64,000 nucleotides of DNA from Candidatus Nanopelagicales bacterium (lineage in GTDB: Bacteria; Actinomycetota; Actinomycetes; S36-B12; JAWKJK01), in NCBI GenBank assembly GCA_041393815.1, contig JAWKJK010000001.1, forward strand, positions 145,058-209,057, in the 5' to 3' direction. The translations under genes and the position numbers were made by a program. Each line of letters starts with the position of its first letter. Positions within the stretch are counted from its first letter, which is position 1. This document shows positions 39,516 through 48,158 of this stretch, one piece after another. The notes under the pieces are model-generated. The model was given only the letters and a program-made list of their open reading frames with translations, made no database searches and was not told the origin of the DNA.

Positions 39516-39844
39516 CCGCCGTCGCGCTGGGAGTGCGCTTCCTGCTCGAGCTCGCGACCCTGGCCGCGCTGGCCGTGGCGGGGTTCACCGGGCCGGGGTC
39601 ACCCGTGCTGAAGGTGGTGCTCGGCGTGGGCCTGCCGGTGCTGGCGGCGCTGGCATGGGGCCGCTGGGTCGCCCCGAAGGCGACGCACCGGCTGCCCGAC
39701 CCCGCCCGCCTGGTCGTGGAGCTGGTCGTCCTCGGCTCCGGTGTCGCCGCCCTGCTGCTGGCCGGCCACGTCGGCTGGGCCTCGGCACTGGCTGTCGCGC
39801 TCGTCGTGGACGAGGCCGCCGTCATCGCACTGCGCGCCCGCTGA
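39512..39844 (+). CDS. YrdB/DUF2568 family small membrane protein
   Basis: 110 aa with four hydrophobic helices. The start LRFLLELATLAALAVAG and RWVAPKA are typical of this family. 4-nt overlap with the TetR gene. Confidence 0.7.
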   Translation: MTAVALGVRFLLELATLAALAVAGFTGPGSPVLKVVLGVGLPVLAALAWGRWVAPKATHRLPDPARLVVELVVLGSGVAALLLAGHVGWASALAVALVVDEAAVIALRAR

Positions 39845-39903
39845 CGCACGCGTCGTGCGCGGACAGCGCCCACGGACGGCGGTCGGTCGGGGACGATGGC
39901 CGC

Positions 39904-40467
39904 ATGAGCGCCGAGCTGACCGTGCTGACGACGGGGTACGTGGGTGACCGGGTGGCCAGCACGGTGGTGCTGGTGCGCGACGGCGACGCCGTGGTCGTGG
40001 TCGACCCGGGGATGGTCGCCGACCGACGGATGATCCTCGACCCGTTGCGGGAGAACGGGTTACGCCCGGAGGACGTCACCGACGTGGTATTCAGCCACCA
40101 CCATCCCGACCACACGCTGAACGCGGCGCTGTTCCCCGACGCACGGTTCCACGACGTGATGGCGATCTACCGCGACGACGTGTGGGAGGACGCGGAGGCC
40201 GAGGGCCGGACGCTCGGGCCGCACGTCCGTCTCGCCGCGACCCCCGGGCACACCCCGCAGGACGTGTCGACCCTGGTCGAGACCGACACCGGTCTGGTCG
40301 TGTGCACGCACCTGTGGTGGACGGCCGACGGTCCCGCGGACGACCCGTTCGCGGACGACCGTGACCTGCTGGCGGCGTCCCGCCGACGGGTCCTGGACCT
40401 CGACCCGGCCTGGGTGGTGCCGGGCCACGGCCCGGCCTTCCGGCCGGGTCCGGCGACCCCCGTCTGA
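39904..40467 (+). CDS. MBL-fold metallo-hydrolase
   Basis: Trimmed to the ATG at 39904. HxHxDH motif FSHHHPDHTLN, and a later TPGHTP. Confidence 0.8.
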   Translation: MSAELTVLTTGYVGDRVASTVVLVRDGDAVVVVDPGMVADRRMILDPLRENGLRPEDVTDVVFSHHHPDHTLNAALFPDARFHDVMAIYRDDVWEDAEAEGRTLGPHVRLAATPGHTPQDVSTLVETDTGLVVCTHLWWTADGPADDPFADDRDLLAASRRRVLDLDPAWVVPGHGPAFRPGPATPV

Positions 40468-40524
40468 CCGGTCCGAGCGCCGAGTGACCGGACCGGACGC
40501 CGCCCGGTCGCGACGAACCGGAGG

Positions 40525-42867
40525 TCAGACCGGGGCGACCTGCACCGTGATCCCATTGAGGACCGCGGTCGCCGCCAGCGGGTCCACCGGAGCGGAGTCG
40601 GTCAGCCGGTTGCTCGCCACCCCCGGCCGGGCCCGGGCCACCTCGCCCCAGGTGGCGGGGTCGTCGTGCCCCCAGCCGTGCGGCAGGCAGACCACTCCCG
40701 GTGCCACGGCGTCGGTGACGTCGACCGGCACCACCACCGACCCCACCGCGCTGGTCACCGTCACGTCGGCCCCGGCGACCAGCCCGAGCCGGTCCGCGTC
40801 GGCCGGGTGCACCTGCAGCGTGCACGCGTTGGAGCCGCCCGCCAGCAGCGGCAGGTTGTGCATCCAGGAGTTGCAGCTGCGGGTCTGCCGGCGGCCGACG
40901 AGCAGCAGCCCGTCGGCCGGACCCGCACCGGCGGCCAGCCGGGCCGCCATCCGCTCGGCCTCCGCGACCAGCTGGGGGGCGGCCAGTTCGATCCGGCCGC
41001 TGGGGGTGCGCAGCACCTCGGGCAGCCGCGGCTGCAGCGGCCCGAGGTCCACCCCGTGCGGTGCCTGCTCGAGCGCCTCGAGGCTCAGCCCGCCGGGATG
41101 ACTGCCGAACCCGTCGCCGTACGGACCCGCCCGCAGCGACAGGTCGAGGATCCGCTCCGCCCGGCGCCGGCCGCCGACCGCCCCGAGCAGCTCCCCGGGG
41201 TCCCGCCCGTGGGCCCGGCTCGCCGGCGAGGTTCCCGCGCGCCGGGCGACGTCGTACGCCACCAGGTCGTCGACCTGGTCCGGAGTGGGCTCATCGCCGC
41301 CGCTGGCGGCGCCGGCGGCGATCGCGGCCAGCGTCAGCAGGGTGTCTCCCTCGTCCCGCTCGTCCTCGCCCAGCGGCACCGACGGCGGGGAGTAGCGCGC
41401 CACGTTGCGCACCGCGAAGTGCGCGAACCCCAGGTCGAAGTGCGGGCGCGCCAGCGGTGATGGGGCGGGCAGCAGCACGTGCGCGTGCCGCGAGGTCTCG
41501 GTGACGTACGCGTCCACGCACACGACCAGGTCGAGGGTGTCCAGCGCGGCGTCCAGCCGGGCCGACTCGGGGGTGGACACCACCGGGTTGCCGCCGACGA
41601 CCACGAGCGCACGCAGCCGCTCGCCCGTCTCCGGGTCGGGGGTGTCGATCTCCTCGGCCAGCGCGGAGGCGGGGAACTCGCCGAGAGCGCTGGGCAGCCC
41701 GCGCACCCGGGTCCGCTGGCTGCCGGGGATGCGGATGCCGCGGCCGCGACCCGGCTCGCCGCCGGTGTTCGGGCCCCCGGCCGCCGGCAGTGGCCACAGG
41801 GCGCCGCCGGGCCGGTCGAGGTTGCCGGTGAGGACGTGCAGCACGTCGACCAGCCAGGACGCCGCGGTGCCGTACGACTCCACGGCGCCGTCCGGGTCGG
41901 CCAGGCCGGAGGTGGTGGTGCCCATCCGGCCGTAGACCGCGGCGGACTCGGCGGGGGCGAGGTCGCGGGCGAGCCGGCGCACGGTGTCCGGGTCGATACC
42001 GGTGAGCGGTGCGGTGGCCTCGGGGGTGAAGGGGGCGACCGCGGCCGCGACGGCCGACAGCGCACCGTCGGCCAGCCACTCCCCCGCCGCCCCCGGGGCG
42101 ACCAGGTCCTCAGCCACGAGCACCTGGGCCAGGGAAGCGAGCAGGAACGCGTCCGACCCGGGCCGGATCGGCAGGTGCTCGTCGGCTGCGGCGGCGGTCC
42201 GGGTCCGCACCGGGTCGACGACGACGAGCCGCCCGCCGCGGCGGCGCAGCGCGCGCAGGCGTCCGGCCACGTCCGGCGCGGTGAGCAGGGAGCCCTGGGA
42301 GACCAGCGGGTTGGCGCCCAGCACGAGCAGGAAGGAGGTGCGGTCCAGGTCGGGGACCGGCACCGACAGCTCGGTGCCGAACAGCAGGCCGCACGCCACC
42401 TGCTTGGGCATCTGGTCCACCGTGCTGGCGCTGAAGCGGTAGCGGGTCCCCAGCGCACGGACCAGCGCGGGCACGTAGAACGTGTTGGCCAGGTTGTGCA
42501 CGTTCGGGTTGCCGAGGTAGACCGCGACCGCGTGCGGGCCGTGCTCGGCCACGACCGCACGCAGCCGCTCGCGCACCACGGCGTACGCCTGCTCCCAGGT
42601 GACCGGTCGCAGCACGCCGTCCTCATCGCGCACCAGCGGCTGCCGCACCCGGGCGGGGTCGTGGTGGAGCTCCCCCAGCGCGACGCCCTTGGGGCAGATG
42701 TGCCCGCGGCTGAAGACGTCGGCGTCGTCGCCGCGCACCGACGTGACGACCCCGTCCTCGATCGTCAGGTCGACGCCGCACGTCGCCTCGCACAGCGGGC
42801 AGGTCCGGCTGGCGGTACGGGTCTCGAGGGGCGCCGCGGAGACGTCGGCGGTGGTGGCGGGGGGCAT
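40525..42867 (-). CDS. Molybdopterin-dependent oxidoreductase (MopB superfamily, formate-dehydrogenase-like)
   Basis: N-terminal 4Fe-4S motif CPLCEATCGV...ICPKG, a large MopB body and a C-terminal molybdopterin dinucleotide-binding barrel (VHPADADRLGL...). Confidence 0.9.
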   Translation of the reverse strand: MPPATTADVSAAPLETRTASRTCPLCEATCGVDLTIEDGVVTSVRGDDADVFSRGHICPKGVALGELHHDPARVRQPLVRDEDGVLRPVTWEQAYAVVRERLRAVVAEHGPHAVAVYLGNPNVHNLANTFYVPALVRALGTRYRFSASTVDQMPKQVACGLLFGTELSVPVPDLDRTSFLLVLGANPLVSQGSLLTAPDVAGRLRALRRRGGRLVVVDPVRTRTAAAADEHLPIRPGSDAFLLASLAQVLVAEDLVAPGAAGEWLADGALSAVAAAVAPFTPEATAPLTGIDPDTVRRLARDLAPAESAAVYGRMGTTTSGLADPDGAVESYGTAASWLVDVLHVLTGNLDRPGGALWPLPAAGGPNTGGEPGRGRGIRIPGSQRTRVRGLPSALGEFPASALAEEIDTPDPETGERLRALVVVGGNPVVSTPESARLDAALDTLDLVVCVDAYVTETSRHAHVLLPAPSPLARPHFDLGFAHFAVRNVARYSPPSVPLGEDERDEGDTLLTLAAIAAGAASGGDEPTPDQVDDLVAYDVARRAGTSPASRAHGRDPGELLGAVGGRRRAERILDLSLRAGPYGDGFGSHPGGLSLEALEQAPHGVDLGPLQPRLPEVLRTPSGRIELAAPQLVAEAERMAARLAAGAGPADGLLLVGRRQTRSCNSWMHNLPLLAGGSNACTLQVHPADADRLGLVAGADVTVTSAVGSVVVPVDVTDAVAPGVVCLPHGWGHDDPATWGEVARARPGVASNRLTDSAPVDPLAATAVLNGITVQVAPV

Positions 42868-42885
42868 GCCCCCGGTCTACCGCAC

Positions 42886-44136
42886 TCAGGCCCGCACGAC
42901 CACCGCGATCTCCGGACGCCGCTCCCGGATCCGGGCCACCGCCAGCGCGCCCAGCCCGGCAGCGGCCAGCGCCGCCACGGAGCCCAGGCCCAGCGCCCAC
43001 CGCGGCCCGAGGTGCTCGGCGACCAGTCCGACAAGCGGCCCGCCGATCGGCGTGGTGCCGAACACCGCCATCCCCCACAGCGCCATCACCCGGCCGCGCA
43101 TGTGCGGAGCCGCGGTGAGCTGCAGGGTGCTGTTGCCGGTGGACGCGAAGGCGACGCTGGCCGCGCCCACGGCGACCATGCCGACGGCGGCGAGCGGGAC
43201 GGTGGGGGCGACCGCCACGCCCAGGACAGCCAGGCCGAAGGCCACCGCGGCCGCCGCGAACTGGTGCAGGCCGGTCGTCCGCCGCGCCGCCGACCACAGG
43301 CCGGCCACGACGGCCCCGGCGCCCATGGCCGCGCTGAGCCAGCCGAGGGTGGCCGGACCGGACGCGAACGTCGTGCGGACCAGCGCGGGCAGGGTCACCG
43401 CGAACTCGTAGGTGAGCATCCCCACCAGCGCCATCATCACCAGGACCGACAGCACGACCGGGGTCCGCCGGACGTAGGCGAAGCCCTCCCGCAGCTGCCC
43501 GGGGGCACGGACCTGGACCGGGCTGGGCGACATCGCCGAGCGGTCCATCCGCAGCAGCGCGACGAGCACGACCACGTACGACACCGCGTTGAGCAGGAAG
43601 CAGATCCCGACCCCGACGACCGCGATCAGCACACCGCCGACGGCCGGGCCCACGGCGCGGGACGCGTTCATCACGACCGAGTTCAGCCCGACTGCGTTGC
43701 GCACGGCGTCCGGCGGGACCAGCTCGCGCACCAGCGCCTGCCGCGCCGGCTGCTCCACCACCTGCAGCAGGCCCTGCACGAGGGCCAGCGCCAGCACCAT
43801 CCAGAGCACGACCTGCCCGGTGAGGACGAGCAGGCCCAGTGCCACCGCCTGGGCGGCGAGGGCCAGCTGGGTGACGGCGAGCACCCGCCGGGTGTCGTGC
43901 CGGTCCACCAGCAGGCCGCCGTACGGTCCCAGCAGCAGGGTGGGGACGAACTGCAGCGCCACGACGACGCCGAGCCAGGTCGCGGAGCCGGTGAGGGTGA
44001 GCACCAGCCAGCCCTGCGCGAGGGCCTGCATCCAGGTGCCGGACTGGGACACGGTCTGGCCGACGAACCAGCGCCGGTAGTTGGGGATCGCCAGGGACGA
44101 GAACGTCACGCCCGCCCGGCGGCGCAGCCCGGTCAC
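42886..44136 (-). CDS. MFS transporter (EntS/MFS_3-like)
   Basis: Trimmed to the GTG at 44136, which overlaps the MarR stop as GTGA. FRRW-type start NYRRWFVGQTVSQSGTWMQ followed by 12 predicted TMS. Confidence 0.85.
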   Translation of the reverse strand: MTGLRRRAGVTFSSLAIPNYRRWFVGQTVSQSGTWMQALAQGWLVLTLTGSATWLGVVVALQFVPTLLLGPYGGLLVDRHDTRRVLAVTQLALAAQAVALGLLVLTGQVVLWMVLALALVQGLLQVVEQPARQALVRELVPPDAVRNAVGLNSVVMNASRAVGPAVGGVLIAVVGVGICFLLNAVSYVVVLVALLRMDRSAMSPSPVQVRAPGQLREGFAYVRRTPVVLSVLVMMALVGMLTYEFAVTLPALVRTTFASGPATLGWLSAAMGAGAVVAGLWSAARRTTGLHQFAAAAVAFGLAVLGVAVAPTVPLAAVGMVAVGAASVAFASTGNSTLQLTAAPHMRGRVMALWGMAVFGTTPIGGPLVGLVAEHLGPRWALGLGSVAALAAAGLGALAVARIRERRPEIAVVVRA

Positions 44137-44597
44137 GACCCGCCCCCGTCGTCGGCGTCGACCGGGTCCGGGACGCCGGCCAGCCGCTCCAGCGCGTCCA
44201 GCGCGGTGAGCACGGACTCGACGTCCCGCTCGGTCAGGTCGGTGAGCCGGTCGCGCAGGTACGCCGAGCGACGGGCCCGCAGGCGCCCCAGGGCGCGGCG
44301 GCCGTCGGCCGTCACCGCCACCAGCGCGGCCCGGCCGTCGTCGGGGTCCGGGGTCCGGCGCAGCAGGCCGTCCTCCTCCAGCCGGGCCACCAGGCGGGAC
44401 AGCATCGTGGGGTTCACGGCCTCGATCTCGGCGAGCGCGGACAGCCGCAGCGGGCCGTGCCGGTCCACCGTGGCCAGCGCGGACAGCTGGGTCGGGGTGA
44501 TGCCGCCGCCGGCCGTCGTGCGCAGCCCGCGGGCCAGCCGGCCCACCACCACGCGCAGCCGGTCGGCCGCGACCTCGAGGTCGTCCCGCTCGTCCAT
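44133..44597 (-). CDS. MarR family transcriptional regulator
   Basis: Winged-helix region LSALATVDRHGPLRLSALAEIEAVNPTMLSRLVARLEEDGLLRR. Confidence 0.9.
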   Translation of the reverse strand: MDERDDLEVAADRLRVVVGRLARGLRTTAGGGITPTQLSALATVDRHGPLRLSALAEIEAVNPTMLSRLVARLEEDGLLRRTPDPDDGRAALVAVTADGRRALGRLRARRSAYLRDRLTDLTERDVESVLTALDALERLAGVPDPVDADDGGGS

Positions 44598-44650
44598 CGT
44601 CCATCCGGTGGTCCGTCCGCCGGTCGGTGCGGCCGGTCAGCGGATTTAGT

Positions 44651-44666
44651 TGCTTATCGGCAAGCA
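44651..44666. promoter_or_regulatory. Short inverted repeat TGCTT-N6-AAGCA in an AT-rich divergent spacer; candidate MarR operator
   Basis: tgcttatcggcaagca within atttagttgcttatcggcaagcatcatactc. The arms are only 5 bp. Confidence 0.3.
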
Positions 44667-44766
44667 TCATACTCGGTGTCGGCGGCGCGCGCCAGGGCAT
44701 GCCGGTCGCCGGGATAGCGTGACCACCCCCGGCCGCCCGCAGGCGGCCCGCGTCGCCGGAGGTCCC

Positions 44767-46353
44767 GTGGCCCGCGCCCCCCTCGGCCGCCGGCGACGTC
44801 GCGCGGCGCTGGCCGGACTGCTCGCCGCGGGGCTGCTGGCCGCCACCCCGCTGACCACGCCGGCGAACGCGAATCCGGCCGGCGTCGGCCCCGCAGCCGT
44901 GGCGCCGGCTGGCCCCCGCGTGGCCGCCACCATCTCCGCCGCGGCACCCGCGGACAGCACCCTGCCGGTGGACACCCCGGTGCTCACCTGGTCCGACTGC
45001 GGGTTCGGGCTGCAGTGCGCGTCGTTCCTGGTGCCGCGGTCCTACCAGGACCCCGACGCCGGGACGATCCGGCTGGCGGTCCTGCGCCGCCCGGCGGACC
45101 GCCCGGCCCAGCGGATCGGGTCGCTGGTCGTCAACCCGGGCGGCCCCGGCGGGTCTGGCGTGGACCTGGCCGCTGCGGCCGAGGCGTACCTGTCCCCCTC
45201 CGTCCTGGACCGCTACGACGTCGTCGGCTTCGACCCCCGCGGGGTCGGTCGGTCGGACCCGATCGCCTGCCTCACCGACGCGCAGACCGACCGCTTCCTC
45301 GCCCAGGACCCCACCCCGGACACCGCCACCGAGCGCCGGTCGGTGGCCGCCCTCAGCCGGCTGTTCGGCCGGGCCTGCCAGCAGCGGTCGCCCCGCCTGG
45401 TCGCCCACGTGGGCACGCGCGACGTGGCGCGGGACATGGACCTGCTGCGCGCGGCGCTGGGCGACGAGCGGCTGCACTACCTGGGCTTCTCGTACGGCAC
45501 CTCGATCGGCTCCACGTACGCCGAGCTGTTCCCCGCGCGGGTCGGCCGGTTCGTGCTGGACGGCGCCATCGACCCGTCACTGGACCTGGTCGGGCTGTCC
45601 CTGGCCCAGGCGCGCGGGTTCGAACGGGCGCTGACCCGCTTCGCCGCCGACTGCCCCCGCCACGCCGGCTGCCCGCTCCCCCGCGGAACCGCCGCGGCCG
45701 TGCGGACCGTGCGCTCCCTGCTGCGCGGGCTCGACGCCCGACCGCTGCCGGGCCGGCCGGGCCGGCCGCTGACGGAGGGCCTGGGCACCACCGCGGTCCT
45801 GGGCACGATGTACGACGACACGTCCGGCTGGCCGGCGCTGCGGGACGCCCTGCGGGCGGCGCTGCGCGGCAACGGACGGCCGCTGCTGGACCTGGCGGAC
45901 CTGTTCACCGGCCGGCTGCCGGGCGGGGGCTACGAGTCCAACGGCACCGACGCGCTGTACGCCGTGAGCTGCTGGGACTACCCGGCCACGCCGGGGGTCG
46001 CGGGCACCCGGCGGGATGCGGCACGGTTCGCGCGGGTGGCGCCGACGTTCGGGGCGCCGCTGGCCTGGAGCAACCTGCCGTGCGCGACCTGGCCGGGGCA
46101 CTCCACGGTCCGCCCGCACCGGGTCCGCGCCCCCGGCACCCCGCCGATCCTGGTCGTCGGGACCCGCTACGACCCCGCCACCCCGGTCGGGATGGCCAAG
46201 GCACTGGCCCGGCAACTGTCGCGCGGCGTGTTCCTGGAGTGGGTGGGCGACGGCCACACGGCGTACGGGCGCGGCTCGCGCTGCGTGACCCGGGCGGTCG
46301 ACACCTTCCTGCTGCGCGGCGTCCCGCCGGCCGACGGCACCGTCTGCCGCTGA
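44767..46353 (+). CDS. Secreted alpha/beta hydrolase (tripeptidyl-aminopeptidase-like)
   Basis: Start uncertain: GTG at 44767 has GGAGG 4 nt upstream, and 44719 is also in frame. Tat-like signal GRRRRRAALAGLLAAGLL...PANA and nucleophile elbow GFSYGT. The TTG start at 44650 in the track lies in the promoter region. Confidence 0.8.
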   Translation: MARAPLGRRRRRAALAGLLAAGLLAATPLTTPANANPAGVGPAAVAPAGPRVAATISAAAPADSTLPVDTPVLTWSDCGFGLQCASFLVPRSYQDPDAGTIRLAVLRRPADRPAQRIGSLVVNPGGPGGSGVDLAAAAEAYLSPSVLDRYDVVGFDPRGVGRSDPIACLTDAQTDRFLAQDPTPDTATERRSVAALSRLFGRACQQRSPRLVAHVGTRDVARDMDLLRAALGDERLHYLGFSYGTSIGSTYAELFPARVGRFVLDGAIDPSLDLVGLSLAQARGFERALTRFAADCPRHAGCPLPRGTAAAVRTVRSLLRGLDARPLPGRPGRPLTEGLGTTAVLGTMYDDTSGWPALRDALRAALRGNGRPLLDLADLFTGRLPGGGYESNGTDALYAVSCWDYPATPGVAGTRRDAARFARVAPTFGAPLAWSNLPCATWPGHSTVRPHRVRAPGTPPILVVGTRYDPATPVGMAKALARQLSRGVFLEWVGDGHTAYGRGSRCVTRAVDTFLLRGVPPADGTVCR

Positions 46354-46361
46354 CGGGCCGT

Positions 46362-47231
46362 CTACTCGGGGATGAAGCCCTGGTCGAGGTCCCACGGGCG
46401 GATCGGGCTGTACTGCACCAGCCAGGTCTCGATGTCCTTCATCCACCCGGTGAGGACGAGCACCCCGACGACGACGAAGACCGCGCCGAGGCCGCGCCGG
46501 AACCAGCCGTGCGGGTCCGCCGCCCAGCGGGCGCCGCGGACCGCGCGCTGGCCCAGCAGCGAGACGGCCAGCAGCGTGCCGCACAGCCCCGCGACGTAGA
46601 CCAGGAGCAGCAGCATCCCGTAGGCCGCGTCCGCCGGCAGCACCGTCACGATGACGTAGCCGTACAGCGGGCTGCAGCTGGTGAAGACCGGGCCGAGCGC
46701 GGCGCCGGTGAGGACCTGGCCGAGCACGCCGTCGCGTCGGCGGGCGGCGCCGAGCCGCTGGTTGCTGCGCGCCTGCAGGCCCAGCAGCATCGAGGCCCGC
46801 TCCCACAGGCCGGGGAACAGCGACACCAGGCCGAGCAGGACGAGGAGGCCACCGGCGACCCACTGCCACACCTCGGTCGGGATGTCGATCAGCGCGGTGG
46901 AGGCCTTGAGCAGCAGGGTGAACACCACGATCGACGCGCCGAGGGACGCGGCGATCACGTACGCGCCCCGGCGCGACGCGCGGGCCGCTGTCGTGGGGAC
47001 GGCCCGGGTGTCGGTCCGGGTGCCGCCCGGACCGGTGTCCGGTCCGCCGGTCGTGCTGCCCGATCCGCTTGTCCCCGTGCCCGGTCGGCCCGACCCGGGT
47101 CCGGTCGCCGGCGCGGCACCGGCACCGGCGACCGAGCCGCCGACGATCACCGGCAGCAGCGGCAGCACGCACGGGGCCAGGGTCGTCAGGACCCCGGCGA
47201 CGAACGCACCGACGAGGGCGAGCACGACCAC
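46362..47231 (-). CDS. ccdA: Cytochrome c biogenesis / thiol-disulfide transfer protein CcdA (DsbD family)
   Basis: TM1 LAPCVLPLLP and a later FTSCSPLYG. Start is one of 47225, 47231 or 47267. A Gly/Thr/Ser/Pro-rich insertion follows TM1. Confidence 0.8.
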   Translation of the reverse strand: MVVLALVGAFVAGVLTTLAPCVLPLLPVIVGGSVAGAGAAPATGPGSGRPGTGTSGSGSTTGGPDTGPGGTRTDTRAVPTTAARASRRGAYVIAASLGASIVVFTLLLKASTALIDIPTEVWQWVAGGLLVLLGLVSLFPGLWERASMLLGLQARSNQRLGAARRRDGVLGQVLTGAALGPVFTSCSPLYGYVIVTVLPADAAYGMLLLLVYVAGLCGTLLAVSLLGQRAVRGARWAADPHGWFRRGLGAVFVVVGVLVLTGWMKDIETWLVQYSPIRPWDLDQGFIPE

Positions 47232-47438
47232 CTCCGCTCCCGGCGCGACCCACTGCCGGCCGCGCACCGGTGACCATGACACCGTGGATCGGCGCCGGGG
47301 GCGACCCCTGCGGCCCCGTCGTACGCGGTCCGTAAGGGGTCGGTAACCGCCGCGGACGTGCGCCTGGTGCCCGTCCCGGGTTGTGATGGAGACCCGCGGG
47401 TCGACCGGCCCGGCGGACCGACGCCCCTCGGAGGAACC

Positions 47439-47999
47439 ATGCGTGCGCGACGTGCGACCGCCCTCGCCGCCACCACCGTCCTGTCCCTCGGCCTGGCCGC
47501 GTGCGCCTCCGGCGGCACGTCCGACGCCGGCTCCGCCTCGCCGTCCACGCCCGCCACCTCGGCTCCGGCCTCGTCGGCCGCCGCCACGTCGGAGCCCCCG
47601 GCGCCCTCGCCCTCGCCGCCCGGGTCCTCGTCCGCCGCGGCCACCTCGAAGCCCCCGGCCGAGACGTCGCAGCCGGCTCCCGCGGCGGGGGCGTACATCG
47701 ACCTGGCCGCGTACGAGGCGGGCAAGCAGATGTACGACGCGGGGACCGTCGTGCTGTTCTTCAACGCGACGTGGTGCCCCACCTGCCAGGAGGCGACGGG
47801 CAACTTCGAGGCCGACCCCGGCGGGTTCGGGCCCGGCGTCACCGTCGTGAGCGTCGACTACGACAGCAACACCGACCTGCGCAAGAAGTACGGGATCACC
47901 TACCAGCACACGTTCGTGCAGGTGGACGCCGACGGCAACGAGCTGGCCACCTGGTCCGGCTCGTCCACCCCGGCCGAGGTCGCCGAGCAGCTGGCCTGA
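47439..47999 (+). CDS. Thioredoxin-fold lipoprotein
   Basis: ATG at 47439 with GGAGGA upstream. Lipobox LGLAAC, a Pro/Ser/Ala linker and the redox motif WCPTC. Confidence 0.8.
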   Translation: MRARRATALAATTVLSLGLAACASGGTSDAGSASPSTPATSAPASSAAATSEPPAPSPSPPGSSSAAATSKPPAETSQPAPAAGAYIDLAAYEAGKQMYDAGTVVLFFNATWCPTCQEATGNFEADPGGFGPGVTVVSVDYDSNTDLRKKYGITYQHTFVQVDADGNELATWSGSSTPAEVAEQLA

Positions 48000-48008
48000 G
48001 GCCGGCGC

Positions 48009-48040
48009 GCTGCCGGCCCGGCAGGCCCCGGGCCGGCAGC
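48009..48040 (+). terminator. 12-bp perfect stem-loop 9 nt after the thioredoxin stop
   Basis: gctgccggcccg-gcaggccc-cgggccggcagc. Confidence 0.5.
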
Positions 48041-48043
48041 GTC

Positions 48044-48100
48044 GAGTGCTCGCGGGTGGGGGTTCCGGGACGGTCCTGGAACCCCCACCCGCGAGCACTC
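48044..48100. repeat. 57-nt palindrome with 23-bp perfect arms between convergent genes
   Basis: gagtgctcgcgggtgggggttcc-gggacggtcct-ggaacccccacccgcgagcactc. The mirrored track ORFs both start MLAGGGS. Confidence 0.85.
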
Positions 48101-48158
48101 GTTGGGGGGTGTGGGTGGTTGGGGGTGCGCGGGCGGCTGTCGGTGCGGTGCTGCGGCC

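Noticed and set aside
48044-48100. Counting the 57-nt palindrome as a fifth GTGGAAC-family element
   Set aside because: It contains GGTTCC...GGAACC in the opposite internal arrangement and shares no arm sequence with copies A-D.
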